A DNA stretch of 64,000 nt, from NCBI GenBank assembly GCA_964617645.1, contig CAZTYE010000013.1, positions 3,956 to 67,955 on the forward strand. Direction: 5' to 3'. A program made the translations under genes and the position numbers. Source of the stretch: an uncultured Ignavibacteria bacterium (GTDB lineage Bacteria; Zixibacteria; MSB-5A5; CAIYYT01). Below are positions 39,510-49,640 of this stretch, piece by piece. Each line of letters begins with the position of its first letter. Position 1 is the first letter of the stretch. The notes beneath the pieces were generated by a model. It had not been told where the DNA came from. It saw nothing but the letters and a program-made list of their open reading frames with translations, and did not search any database.

Positions 39510-42500
39510 GTGCGACACGGACGATGCTTTGGGATCATTGCACACATCATTTTGGGGGTCGGCGCTTTTCTGGCATTTTCATCGTCCGCTCAGGCGGTCA
39601 AGACTTGCTACGATTGCCACCAGAATCTTAAAGCGGCCTTCGAAGCAAAAAAGGTCGTTCACAAGCCGGTAAAGGACAACGACTGCGAGTCGTGTCACAA
39701 ACGTCATGGGTTCGCCAATACTCTAATTCTCGTCGACAATAGTTCGGAACTGTGTTTCACATGCCATGCGGACTTGAAAGAGAAATTCGCGGTTGGGACG
39801 AAGCACGCGCCGATGGAAGTCGGCAAATGCTGGGATTGCCACGAACCGCACGCCGCCGACAAGAAGGGGCTGCTTCGCAATTACGAAGGCGTGATCGACG
39901 ATCCCGGCTCCTGCCTGGCGTGCCACGGCAAGGAACTGGAATCGGCGCTTGACGGAACAGTTCCCCATCCGCCGTTTACGAAACTGGATTGCGCGGCCTG
40001 TCATGATCCACATAACAGCGAGCACGCGGGATTGCTCAAGAAGGACGTCAGTGCGCTTTGCGCCGATTGCCACGATCCGAAGGACAAGAAGACGCTGGCG
40101 GCACATGAAGGCAAAGCGATCGCCGGCTTGGAGTGCGCCGAATGTCACAGCGGCCATTCGACGAACAGCGCGGGGCTGATGTCAGGAAATTCGCATGCGC
40201 CTTTTTCCGAAGGACAATGCGATGTTTGTCATGCGCCGGTGACCGATCCGGCGGCGATTCAGTTCACCGATGGCAAGAAACCGGGAGAACTTTGCGGCGA
40301 ATGCCACAGCGAACAGGTCGACGCAACGGCGTTGGCGATTCCGCATGCCGCGGTGGAGAAGGTCAACTGCGATGCCTGCCACCAGCCGCATTCATCGCGG
40401 CACGGCAAGCTACTGAAGGAAAATCAGGCCAACTTGTGCGGCGAATGCCATGACGATCTTCTGACCGGCGACAAGATGGTTGCGCACGCGCCGGCGATTC
40501 TCGGAGACTGCTCCGGCTGTCATGAAGTTCACGGCTCGAATAAGGAGCATCTGCTCGCCGCAACGGATTCGAGTCTTTGCCTGGGATGCCATGGCGAATT
40601 CGCAGTAAAGCGGGATTCCGCCGAAGTCGTGCATCCCGCGATCGCCGACTGCAATGGTTGTCACGCTCCGCACGAGGGCCACACACAGGCGATCTTGCGC
40701 ACTTCACCGGAAGACGCCTGCCGCAAATGCCATGAACCGTCGGGCGCGGATCGCGCGGCAGAGTCGGTCCACCCGCCGTATCTCAGATCGGATTGCAGCG
40801 CTTGTCATAATTCCCACTTCGGCGACGAGGCGCATCTCGTTAAGGCCGGTGGGAACAAACTTTGCGTCAATTGCCATCCGGAAATCGGGAATCGAACAAC
40901 ATTGGCGGTTCAGCACGCGCCGGCGCAGGAAGATTGCCAAACCTGCCACAGGCCCCACACCGCCGGAAGTGATTTTCTCTTGGCAGCGCCCGAGGGTGAG
41001 TTGTGCGGCCAGTGCCACGACCGGGCCGATTTTAATGGCAACAAGACTTTCGTGCATACGCCGGTACTGAAGGGCGATTGCAGCGGTTGCCACAATCCGC
41101 ACGGCTCGATGAAGGAACATCTGGTCGCCGGTCGTGCGGTGCGGATGTATGTCAACGGGATTCCGATCAGTAAAACACCGGCCCTGGGTGACAAGATCGC
41201 CGACCTTTGCTTCACCTGCCACGATGACCTGAAAGAGAAATTCCGCCAAGGCGTACCGCATACGCCGGTCGAAAGCGGCGATTGCCAGGTATGCCATGAT
41301 CCGCACGGCGGCGATGTCTACGGCATGCTAAAGGACGAGCCGGCCAAGGTTTGCGGGACATGCCATACGATCGACGCGGATTTGGCGACGAAACATGAAA
41401 ACTACGATCTGACGGCCGCGAACTGCCTTGATTGTCACAATCCGCACACGGCTCCGGAAAAGGGACTGATGCGGGCGAACTTGCATCCGCCGTTCGCCGA
41501 AAAGTCTTGTGACGGCTGCCATGAGCGCGGTGCGGACGGCAAGGTTGTCATGGCGGGACCGGAAGCCGAGGTTTGCGGCACTTGTCACGAGGATTTGCTG
41601 GGCCTCGCGAGCAAGAAGTCGCAGCATGGGCCGTTTGCCGCCGGCGAATGCACGGCCTGCCATAGTCCTCATGCGGGCGACGACAAGAAGTTTCTGCTTC
41701 GCGCCGGTAATGATCTGTGCACTAACTGCCACTCCGACATTCATGAACTGGTGAATCAGCCGGTGCAGCACCGCCCGTTTGCGGATGGCGCCTGCGTTGA
41801 CTGCCACGGACCGCATGCGACGGACAATCCGGTATTGACGGTCAAGGCGAAGGAAGGATTCTGCACGAGTTGTCACGAAGACATCAAGAAGGAGCTGGCT
41901 TCCGGCGAAGTCCACGCGCCGACAAAGACCGGCGATTGCACCCAATGCCATCTGCCCCACGCCGGCGCCGCACCAATGCTTCTGGCGAAAGACAAACAAG
42001 CACTCTGCTCGGGATGTCATGATTACACTTCGGTGGCCGTGAAAACAGCGCATGGCGGGTTCGACATTTCCGGCGCCGACTGCCAGAATTGCCATGTCGC
42101 GCACGCCACGAAGCGCGGTGTCAAGGGGCTGCTGCTGCCGAACGCGCACGAGCCGTTCCGCAGCGGCACGTGCGACCAGTGCCACGCCGGGCAAGCGCCT
42201 CTACCGCTGGTTGCCGAGACCAAGGAGTTGTGTCTGACCTGCCACGACGACTTTGCAAAGCAACTTGCGCAGGCCGTGGTGCATGCGCCGATCCTGAGCG
42301 GTGATTGCACCGGTTGTCACGGCCCGCACGTCGGCTTCGGTAAGTCACTTCAGGTTCGCGAAGGATTCAAGGCCTGTGTCACCTGTCACGACTCGCGTGA
42401 GTTTTCCGGCAGCGTCAAACATCCGGTGGCGTTCGAAGATTGCGGCAACTGTCATGATCCGCATGCGGCGCCGAATAAGGGACTTCTAAATACGACGGAT

Positions 42501-42704
42501 ATACAAGGCTTGTGTCTCGGCTGTCATGAAGACGCCAAGAAGTCGCATTTTCATCCGATGGGCGATAGTGTCATTGATCCGCGCACCAAGACGCCGGTGA
42601 ACTGCGTCAGTTGCCACTCGGCACACTCATCCGACTGGCCATCGATGCTGGTTGCCGATAAAAACCGCAAGTTGTGTGTACTGTGCCACGACGTCAGCCA
42701 CTAA
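39510..42704 (+). CDS. Very large periplasmic multiheme cytochrome c, 42 CxxCH
   Basis: Sec signal ending AQA; 42 CxxCH counted, mostly as H.P...CxxCH.PH....LL......CxxCH paired repeats. Confidence 0.93.
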   Translation: MRHGRCFGIIAHIILGVGAFLAFSSSAQAVKTCYDCHQNLKAAFEAKKVVHKPVKDNDCESCHKRHGFANTLILVDNSSELCFTCHADLKEKFAVGTKHAPMEVGKCWDCHEPHAADKKGLLRNYEGVIDDPGSCLACHGKELESALDGTVPHPPFTKLDCAACHDPHNSEHAGLLKKDVSALCADCHDPKDKKTLAAHEGKAIAGLECAECHSGHSTNSAGLMSGNSHAPFSEGQCDVCHAPVTDPAAIQFTDGKKPGELCGECHSEQVDATALAIPHAAVEKVNCDACHQPHSSRHGKLLKENQANLCGECHDDLLTGDKMVAHAPAILGDCSGCHEVHGSNKEHLLAATDSSLCLGCHGEFAVKRDSAEVVHPAIADCNGCHAPHEGHTQAILRTSPEDACRKCHEPSGADRAAESVHPPYLRSDCSACHNSHFGDEAHLVKAGGNKLCVNCHPEIGNRTTLAVQHAPAQEDCQTCHRPHTAGSDFLLAAPEGELCGQCHDRADFNGNKTFVHTPVLKGDCSGCHNPHGSMKEHLVAGRAVRMYVNGIPISKTPALGDKIADLCFTCHDDLKEKFRQGVPHTPVESGDCQVCHDPHGGDVYGMLKDEPAKVCGTCHTIDADLATKHENYDLTAANCLDCHNPHTAPEKGLMRANLHPPFAEKSCDGCHERGADGKVVMAGPEAEVCGTCHEDLLGLASKKSQHGPFAAGECTACHSPHAGDDKKFLLRAGNDLCTNCHSDIHELVNQPVQHRPFADGACVDCHGPHATDNPVLTVKAKEGFCTSCHEDIKKELASGEVHAPTKTGDCTQCHLPHAGAAPMLLAKDKQALCSGCHDYTSVAVKTAHGGFDISGADCQNCHVAHATKRGVKGLLLPNAHEPFRSGTCDQCHAGQAPLPLVAETKELCLTCHDDFAKQLAQAVVHAPILSGDCTGCHGPHVGFGKSLQVREGFKACVTCHDSREFSGSVKHPVAFEDCGNCHDPHAAPNKGLLNTTDIQGLCLGCHEDAKKSHFHPMGDSVIDPRTKTPVNCVSCHSAHSSDWPSMLVADKNRKLCVLCHDVSH

Positions 42705-42723
42705 ATGGACTGAGGGAACTCTG

Positions 42724-43611
42724 ATGATCAGGCACCGACTCTATGCTCCGATTCTTGCCGCGACGATCTTGTTCACTGCCGCATATGCGACGGCGTTGCA
42801 GCTCTACAAGAGCATCAAAGTACTCGACGGTGAGCGGCAATTGGTCAAGCCGACGCAGGTGGTTACGTCGCCCTCCGGCGCCCGCTATGCGGTTGTCGAC
42901 CAGTTTGCCAACCGAATTTATGTCTTCGACATTCCCGATCAACTGGTCTGGGAAGTCGGCACGCTGACGCCGCTGGTGCTGCCGACGTCGGCGTGTTTTG
43001 ACGGCGAAGACGCATTATTGTTCGCGGTGCAAAATCGCAATCAGGTTTATCGAACCCGCAGCGACGAACCGGACAAGTACGACAGCGTAACGACAATCAA
43101 GGACGGCGGAATCCGCAATATCGACGCCATCCGCCGGACGCCGGAGAACCAATATATCGTGCTTGATCGCAAGAATGGACGAGTCGCGCAATTCGATCAC
43201 AAGTGGCGATTCGTGCGCGTAGTCGCCGATCAGGGCCAGGGTCGAGGCAAGCTGTGGGCGCCGGTTGAAGTGGCGGTTTTGCTCGGCGGTGGTTTGGCAA
43301 TTTCGGATGCCGCGAATATGCCGCTGCAGATATTCTCCAGCCAGGGGAAATTCCTCAACTCTGCCGGCTGGAATAATCCGACGCAAGACCGTCAATGGAA
43401 GGGCGGCGCTGTCACGGTGGGATTGGACGAAACGATTTGGGTTGCCGATATGAGTGCGCGCCGGTGGCGGCGTTTCGACCGCGCCGGAGTGGAAGTCAGC
43501 AGTGAGAGCTTCACCCTGCCGCCGATGCATCCGCTGAGCGCGGCATTCACCGCCGATGGCCGGTTAATCGTGGTGGATGAGTTAGGGTCGCTGCACATCT
43601 TCGAACCATAA
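42724..43611 (+). CDS. NHL-repeat beta-propeller protein
   Basis: Signal peptide; repeats PTQVVTSPSG..YAVVD, GKLWAPVEVAV..GG.L.ISD, VTVGLDETIWVAD. Confidence 0.75.
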   Translation: MIRHRLYAPILAATILFTAAYATALQLYKSIKVLDGERQLVKPTQVVTSPSGARYAVVDQFANRIYVFDIPDQLVWEVGTLTPLVLPTSACFDGEDALLFAVQNRNQVYRTRSDEPDKYDSVTTIKDGGIRNIDAIRRTPENQYIVLDRKNGRVAQFDHKWRFVRVVADQGQGRGKLWAPVEVAVLLGGGLAISDAANMPLQIFSSQGKFLNSAGWNNPTQDRQWKGGAVTVGLDETIWVADMSARRWRRFDRAGVEVSSESFTLPPMHPLSAAFTADGRLIVVDELGSLHIFEP

Positions 43612-43625
43612 TTACTGAGGATCTT

Positions 43626-44579
43626 GTGAAACGCATCGCGTCGTTGCTGATCGGAATCACTCTCTGGCCGCTCGTTAACGTGGTCGCGGGCGAATGGCAC
43701 ACCGAGGGCAACCTGCGCTGCGCGGATTGCCATCTATCGCATGCTTCGGGCGAAGAGATCGGCGCCTATGAGGGGCCCTACCTGATCCTGCTCAAGAAAG
43801 ACTCGATCAACGAATTGTGCCTGTCTTGCCACGACGGCAGCGATCTGGCCGCGCCAGATGTGCTGACGCCGGTTGAGATGTACGCCGCGACGAGCGCCGG
43901 CGAGAGCACTGCGGGGCATCTGCAACTTCCCAGCTATGATCACGCTGGCGGGCACAATCTGGGTCTGATCGCGCCGACGCCGCTGCAGTCCGCCGGCAGC
44001 GCCATAGAACTCAGTTGCATCAGTTGTCACGCGGCGCACGGCAATGCCAATTACCGCAATCTGTCGGAAGATCCGGCACGCATCGGCAGCAATCTTTCCG
44101 TTGTTGACGGCATTCAAGTGTTCACCGATCAGAAGCCGTCGCGGCCGCCAAATTCGGTGTCAACGATTGCGGCTTATCAGCGCGACAATGTCGGTTACGT
44201 TTCCGGCCTCGACGAGTGGTGCACATCCTGTCACAATCAGTTGGAGAATAACGCACCGGCTTCAAGTCCTGCGCATTTTGCGGGTCACCCGTCCGGCGTG
44301 GCGCTCAATCAGTTTGTCAGCGAGTATCATGCGGATCCGCAACATTGGATCGGCGGAAGTGGCGAGGGATTTACGCTCGATGGGATTAGCCGGTTGCCGA
44401 TCCTGTCGCCGAGCGCGACGAGTTTCATCGCCGCCCGCACGCCGCAGACATCCGATCGCGTGAGTTGTATCAGTTGCCACCGCGGACACGGCGGCGATCG
44501 GCGAAAGAATCTCCGGTGGCCGGCGGTTGAAGGCGGCGCCACCGCGATGGCCGGATGCCAACAGTGCCATAACAAGTAG
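43626..44579 (+). CDS. OmcS-like hexaheme cytochrome c (paralog 1)
   Basis: 6 CxxCH; mature WHTEGNLRCADCHLSH; GGHNL, YRNL, GLDEWCTSCH and VSCISCHRGH in OmcS order. Confidence 0.75.
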   Translation: MKRIASLLIGITLWPLVNVVAGEWHTEGNLRCADCHLSHASGEEIGAYEGPYLILLKKDSINELCLSCHDGSDLAAPDVLTPVEMYAATSAGESTAGHLQLPSYDHAGGHNLGLIAPTPLQSAGSAIELSCISCHAAHGNANYRNLSEDPARIGSNLSVVDGIQVFTDQKPSRPPNSVSTIAAYQRDNVGYVSGLDEWCTSCHNQLENNAPASSPAHFAGHPSGVALNQFVSEYHADPQHWIGGSGEGFTLDGISRLPILSPSATSFIAARTPQTSDRVSCISCHRGHGGDRRKNLRWPAVEGGATAMAGCQQCHNK

Positions 44580-44586
44580 TGAGCAG

Positions 44587-45681
44587 ATGATGAGTCAGCG
44601 CACAACAGGTGTGAGTTTAGGAGTAGCGTCGCTGTTAATCGCGGGGGCAGCGTTGCTGCTCGCCGATGGCGGCCGGTTCCGCAATTCACCACACGGCTCT
44701 GCCGAAAGCGGCGTGTGGCGAACCGGAGATTATCCTCGCGGAAGCTGCCTGCAATGTCATGGCGCGCACCAAGGAGGCACGCCGGAACCGTTCGGACTAT
44801 TCCAGCCCAATAGCAATGAACTCTGCCTCGGCGCCTCGATGGGCGGCTGCCATGCCGATCAACCGAGCGGTGCGACGGCGGGCTATCCGGCGCAAGAGAC
44901 GGACCGGATGCCGATCGGATCGAGCGACGCCGGTTATTTCGAGTTCAATTCCGGCGGCACACGGATTCCCGGAGTCAGTAATCATGTCCGCTGGCCGGGT
45001 CGTCAGGTTTGGAAGGATCTCGCGTATTCACCGCATAATACCGACCCCGATATGCCGCTTAAGGATTTCTTCGGCGACGGCGACTGCGGAAATTGCCACA
45101 ACATACACGGTGGCGCGGGATCGCACGATTTACTTGATACGACCTACAGCAGCATCGTAGGTTCGCAATTCGGCGCGTGGCCGGACAACTACGAATTGTG
45201 TTTCTCCTGCCACTCGCAATTCGGCCCGGTCGGGATGAACGAAAGCGGCAAACGCATTCGCGACTACTACGACCGCTCGATTAATCCGAGCAACCGCGCG
45301 GGCCATGGTATCGGCGACGGCGGCGGATACGTGCCGTCCGGCGCGCGGCTGTCGTGCTCGGATTGCCACAATCCGCATGGATCGCGTGGGAGTCAAGCAG
45401 GGGGTCCGAACGCGTTCTTGCTCAGCGATCAGCGCCCGGGCTGGCACGGACTCACCGATATTCGCAACGACAACGCTCAGGTTCGCCGATTTTGCTTCGG
45501 TTGCCATGTATCCTCCGATAACCAAGCGGGGGGAACTATCCATGGACTCAATCTGGAGCGGCTTCCCGACGAAGTCGCGGCGCATGAATTCATGGGCACG
45601 ACACATTGCTACGACTGTCACGGACGCGACTATTCGACGTCGAACGGCTTCAATGTTCATAACCCAGCGGAGGGTGAATAA
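44587..45681 (+). CDS. Multiheme cytochrome c, 6 CxxCH plus one CX7CH
   Basis: CLQCH, CLGASMGGCH, CGNCH, CFSCH, CSDCH, CFGCH, CYDCH; hydrophobic N-terminus. Confidence 0.85.
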   Translation: MMSQRTTGVSLGVASLLIAGAALLLADGGRFRNSPHGSAESGVWRTGDYPRGSCLQCHGAHQGGTPEPFGLFQPNSNELCLGASMGGCHADQPSGATAGYPAQETDRMPIGSSDAGYFEFNSGGTRIPGVSNHVRWPGRQVWKDLAYSPHNTDPDMPLKDFFGDGDCGNCHNIHGGAGSHDLLDTTYSSIVGSQFGAWPDNYELCFSCHSQFGPVGMNESGKRIRDYYDRSINPSNRAGHGIGDGGGYVPSGARLSCSDCHNPHGSRGSQAGGPNAFLLSDQRPGWHGLTDIRNDNAQVRRFCFGCHVSSDNQAGGTIHGLNLERLPDEVAAHEFMGTTHCYDCHGRDYSTSNGFNVHNPAEGE

Positions 45682-47381
45682 TGTTGCGGGTCGTATTGGT
45701 GCCGGCGCTTCTGACCATTCTGGCCTGCGACGTTGACGCCGATCGGCTGTACGGGAATCTCAATTTGCTGGGAGAGCACTCGCGACAAGCCGGGGCCGTT
45801 GCTTTCAGCGACAACTCCTCGCAGGCAACGCTCACGCTTAACTACGAAGACGCTCTTTTCGTAAAAAACCGAATGCGGCTCGGACTTCAGGTTTCGCGAC
45901 GCGACTATCCGAATTCGCCGCAGCGGGACCTGAGGCCGATTTTTACGCTCGACCTCAAGAGCTACGGTTATGCACTGAATCTGAGCTACTCCCCGTACCG
46001 GCGGCTGACGACAGACGCGATCGGCGCGAGCACGTACTATTTGTATTCGCGTGATTGGCGCTCCAACCTGGCCCTCAACTACGATCGCTACCCGCCCGTG
46101 AACATCACCTACAACCGGACGCGAAAATTCGACCGCCAGACCCAGCGCCGCTTCGATAGCTCCGGCGAGACGTTTTTGATCGACACCCGCCACGCGGTCG
46201 GTGGCGTTGCGGTGCGCGGGTCTTATGGCCGGGTAACGAGCGAGAATTTTCTGATCGGCGGCTCGAATTCGGTTTCGGAAAACGTCGCGGCGGCAGCGAC
46301 TCTAACCAAGAATTACGACGGCATCGGCTACCTGAACGCGCTCTATTCGTACTATGCCTCGGAGATCGACCGCCGGTCGTTGGCGGTGCGCAATCGCACG
46401 GAGTTTTCGGCGCACACGATCAACGCCCTGTTGTCTTCCGACCGGTTTTATGGACTGACCGCGACGACTACCTATTCCGGGCGCTGGGCGGAGTCACAAA
46501 CGAGCACAATTCGCGCCCAAAACGACAATCACAACGCTACGGCGCAGTTGTCGTTCCTGCCCCTATCGTATTTATCGTTCGATGTCGCGAAATCGTACCA
46601 AACCACCGAAGAAGGCGGCCCGCGGCAAACGGTAGAATTCGTCAGCATCTCCGGCTCCGCATCGCGTTATCTGCGGCAAGGCGTCGACACGCGGTTGGGC
46701 GCCACCCGGACGTTTTTCCAGAAATCAAACAAGTCGCTGGAGAGCGGCGAGGGCGGTTCGGGAGCTTATAATTACGACAACATCTATGCTTCAGTCGGAC
46801 TGACGCCGCTGAATTATGTCCGTACCTATTTCGACGTCTCGGTAGCGCACGATTCAAAGCCGATCTTGAAAACCCAGCGGTATCAGGTCTTTCGTTCTTT
46901 GAATGCGCAGCTTCAACTCAGCCGCCGCATCGAGAGCCGCATCGGCTTTACCGCGGTTTATCAGGGCGCGAACTTGAATTTTGACCAGAGTATCTCGCGA
47001 AACTACAACCTCGGGCTGACGTGGATTCCAACCGGCAATCTTAGCCTGAACGCAAACTACATTCGGACGGAAAGCGCGACCGACATCGCGCTGAGCACCG
47101 ATTCGTGGAACGGCTACGCGTCGTACTCATTCCGGCGCGCTTTCACGCTATTCGTCAACGGCGTTTGGCAGGAACAAAAGACGTCGGCGATATCGCCGGC
47201 GCTGCTACCGTCGGAAGTCAATCGCACTTCGCGGCCGCGGTCGATCAATAGCCAGATTCTGATTTACCTGACGCCGTCAATTACACTCACCGGCGGATAC
47301 TTGTACTCCCTGGTTGAAGTGCTGGGCGGATCGTACACCTTGATCGAGTCCTATCAGTTATCCTTGAATTTTCGGATTTAG
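45681..47381 (+). CDS. Outer-membrane beta-barrel protein (porin of a porin-cytochrome or secretion system)
   Basis: Signal-like N-terminus; alternating amphipathic strands rich in Y/S/T/N; terminal strand SYQLSLNFRI; TAATG coupling to the upstream cytochrome. Confidence 0.7.
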   Translation: MLRVVLVPALLTILACDVDADRLYGNLNLLGEHSRQAGAVAFSDNSSQATLTLNYEDALFVKNRMRLGLQVSRRDYPNSPQRDLRPIFTLDLKSYGYALNLSYSPYRRLTTDAIGASTYYLYSRDWRSNLALNYDRYPPVNITYNRTRKFDRQTQRRFDSSGETFLIDTRHAVGGVAVRGSYGRVTSENFLIGGSNSVSENVAAAATLTKNYDGIGYLNALYSYYASEIDRRSLAVRNRTEFSAHTINALLSSDRFYGLTATTTYSGRWAESQTSTIRAQNDNHNATAQLSFLPLSYLSFDVAKSYQTTEEGGPRQTVEFVSISGSASRYLRQGVDTRLGATRTFFQKSNKSLESGEGGSGAYNYDNIYASVGLTPLNYVRTYFDVSVAHDSKPILKTQRYQVFRSLNAQLQLSRRIESRIGFTAVYQGANLNFDQSISRNYNLGLTWIPTGNLSLNANYIRTESATDIALSTDSWNGYASYSFRRAFTLFVNGVWQEQKTSAISPALLPSEVNRTSRPRSINSQILIYLTPSITLTGGYLYSLVEVLGGSYTLIESYQLSLNFRI

Positions 47382-47396
47382 CAACGGATAAGAGTT

Positions 47397-47981
47397 ATGA
47401 AATCACTGACCCGAATCACACTGCTTTTGACTTTGCTGCCGCTGCTGTCTTGCGGCAGTTATCGGGCGTACACCAATCCCGAAGCCGACTTTGGGTTCTA
47501 CGAGCGCGTCGGTGTCATCCCCTTCGCCAATCTTACCAACGACCGCAATGCGTCGGAGAAGGTGACTTCGGCGTTCGTGATCGAGCTCCTCATCGGGGAC
47601 GCGCTGGAAGTGGCGCCGATGGGCGACGTCTACAAGGCGGCGCGCGCGGTACTTAAAGACGAAAAGACGAATCTGCCCGATCAGTTGACGGGCGAGGAAG
47701 CGCGCGCCCTCGGCGAAGCGGCGCAAGTCCAGGCGCTCTTTGTCGGCGCGGTCCGCGATTACGGCATGGTGCGCTCGGGACAAGAGGAGTTTCCGCTGGT
47801 GTCGGTCAGCGTGCGCTTGATCGACTGCGGCACCGGCAAGGTGGTTTGGACGCACGAAGTGACGCGCAAGGGTGGGCCGAAATTCCCGATCTTCTCGTTC
47901 GGCGAGACGCATACGCTCGGTGACATGACCGCCAAGGTTTGCCGCGAGGTGGCACGAGATTTCCTCGGTAAGGTGCGATAG
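47397..47981 (+). CDS. Lipoprotein, DUF799/GNA1162 (CsgG/PelC/TolB_N-like fold)
   Basis: Lipobox LLS-C; RVGVIPFANLT...ALGEAAQVQALFVGAVRDYG...VSVSVRLID..TGKVVW. Confidence 0.7.
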   Translation: MKSLTRITLLLTLLPLLSCGSYRAYTNPEADFGFYERVGVIPFANLTNDRNASEKVTSAFVIELLIGDALEVAPMGDVYKAARAVLKDEKTNLPDQLTGEEARALGEAAQVQALFVGAVRDYGMVRSGQEEFPLVSVSVRLIDCGTGKVVWTHEVTRKGGPKFPIFSFGETHTLGDMTAKVCREVARDFLGKVR

Positions 47982-47983
47982 CC

Positions 47984-48568
47984 ATGCGTTCGGCGGCGAT
48001 TTTTGTTGTGGTAGCGGTTGTGGCGCTCGCGATGTTGGCCTGCAGCCCGGGAATGGTCAGCAAGCGCTCGGCACGAATCGAGCTGCCGCAGAAGCCCCGC
48101 GTGGCGGTGCTTCCCTTCGAGAATTATTCCGGTGAGGAAGGCGCCGCGACGCGCATTACGGATTACTTCGTTACGCTGATGACGGCCAGCCCGGACTTTG
48201 AACTGATCGAATTCGGCAGTTCATACGAGGCGATGCGCCGACTGCGGATCCGCTCATCGAATTCGATGTCGAGCGAGCAAATCGACAGCCTGGCGGCGAT
48301 TCTGGGCGCCGACGTGCTGTTTTCAGGCACGGTGGTAGAATACAATACTGTCGACAACTCGTATCTCGGCAAAGTCCCGCGCGTGGCGTTCAACGCACGT
48401 GCCCTGGCGACGCGCGAACGGCGCACAGTTTGGTCGGCGGCGGTTAGCGGCCGCGGCGACAAAGGCGAGTTTCTTTTCGGAATTGGCGTAATTCGATCCG
48501 CGGAGAAGCTGTCGGAAAAGCTGGTTGAAGCGGCGGTAAGAGAGTTCGCGGATGAAATTCGCAATTGA
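47984..48568 (+). CDS. Lipoprotein, second DUF799/CsgG/PelC-like paralog
   Basis: Lipobox MLA-C; RVAVLPFENYS...LGADVLFSGTVVEY...VAFNARAL....RTVWSA. Confidence 0.7.
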   Translation: MRSAAIFVVVAVVALAMLACSPGMVSKRSARIELPQKPRVAVLPFENYSGEEGAATRITDYFVTLMTASPDFELIEFGSSYEAMRRLRIRSSNSMSSEQIDSLAAILGADVLFSGTVVEYNTVDNSYLGKVPRVAFNARALATRERRTVWSAAVSGRGDKGEFLFGIGVIRSAEKLSEKLVEAAVREFADEIRN

Positions 48569-49532
48569 TCGCCGGCTGCTACTGCTCGCTATTCTGGTGG
48601 GAGTTACTCTCAGCAGTGTCGCGGTCCTTGCCGAACACCCGGCGCAGCGGATTTCGATAGCCGCGATCGGCGATCAAGACGCCACCGGCAAACAATTGCG
48701 CTCGCCGGTGTCGATTCACTTTGATCGCTACGGCAACGAGGTGTTTGTCGTCGACCCGGGCGGAAAAAAGGTGGTGATCTTCGACCCCGACCTCAACCCC
48801 CGCTTCGAGTTCCAGCATCGGGTGCCGTCGCTTCAGGGCGGACAACTCGAGCCGGGAGAACCCAAGCGTCTCGTGACCAATCGGCACGGCGAGATTCTCC
48901 TGATCGATAATGTCGCGGATTTCATCGACATCCTTGACTTCCGCGGCAGACCCGTTGATCGCATTTATCCCAATCGGCTCCTGGGCGACACGACGCTCAA
49001 AATTCGGGCAGACCTGATCGCTACGGATGAACGGGACAATGTTTATGTATCGATCGACGGAGACCTTCAGGCGGTGCTGGTGCTTGACGGCAATTTGCGG
49101 CTCAAGCGCCGCTTCGGGCAGAAAGGCGACCGGCCGGAAGACTTCAATACAGTAGTTGGGCTTTACGCCAGCGAGGGCAAAATCTACATCGCCGATGTAT
49201 ATGGCGAACCGGCAATTAAGGTCTACGACACCCTCGGTACTTACCTGTTTGGGTTTGCCCGCCATGAGATCGACCCCGGTGATCTTTCGATGGCGCAAGG
49301 CATTGCGGTGCACCGCGACACAGCCGGAATCCAGACGATTTGGGTCACCGATGCTCTGCGGCAAGTCATAAAAGTCTACTCAGACAGTGGAGTTTACATC
49401 GCGACCGTCGGTGGCTTTGGCGAAAAGCCAGGAGAGTTTATGTATCCTTCCGGAATCGCGGTGTCGGAGACCGGCTCGTTCTATATTGTGGAGCGTGGAT
49501 CGGCCCGAATTCAGCGTTTCGACTACCGCTAA
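48552..49532 (+). CDS. NHL-repeat beta-propeller protein
   Basis: LRSPVSIHFD..GNEVFVVD; FGQKGDRPEDF; GGFGEKPGEFMYPSGIAVSETGSFYIVERGSARIQRF. Confidence 0.85.
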   Translation: MKFAIDRRLLLLAILVGVTLSSVAVLAEHPAQRISIAAIGDQDATGKQLRSPVSIHFDRYGNEVFVVDPGGKKVVIFDPDLNPRFEFQHRVPSLQGGQLEPGEPKRLVTNRHGEILLIDNVADFIDILDFRGRPVDRIYPNRLLGDTTLKIRADLIATDERDNVYVSIDGDLQAVLVLDGNLRLKRRFGQKGDRPEDFNTVVGLYASEGKIYIADVYGEPAIKVYDTLGTYLFGFARHEIDPGDLSMAQGIAVHRDTAGIQTIWVTDALRQVIKVYSDSGVYIATVGGFGEKPGEFMYPSGIAVSETGSFYIVERGSARIQRFDYR

Positions 49533-49604
49533 GTTAATGCCACTAACTTACTAAGCATTGCACGAAAATTGACCGCGAAAATCGATTTGGTACGAAGAAT
49601 TTCC

Positions 49605-49640
49605 TTGACAAACAATACGAGATTGCTATCTTTTTCACAA
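49605..49640 (+). promoter_or_regulatory. Sigma70 promoter with extended -10 overlapped by a Rex-type operator
   Basis: TTGACA (49605-49610), 16-nt spacer with TG, TATCTT; operator TTGCTATCTTTTTCACAA at 49623-49640; aligns without gaps to 38891-38930. Confidence 0.7.

Noticed and set aside
45681-47381. Naming the barrel MtrB/PioB
   Set aside because: No MtrB-specific motif was recognised and there is no adjacent decaheme MtrA-sized partner, so it is left as a generic beta-barrel.
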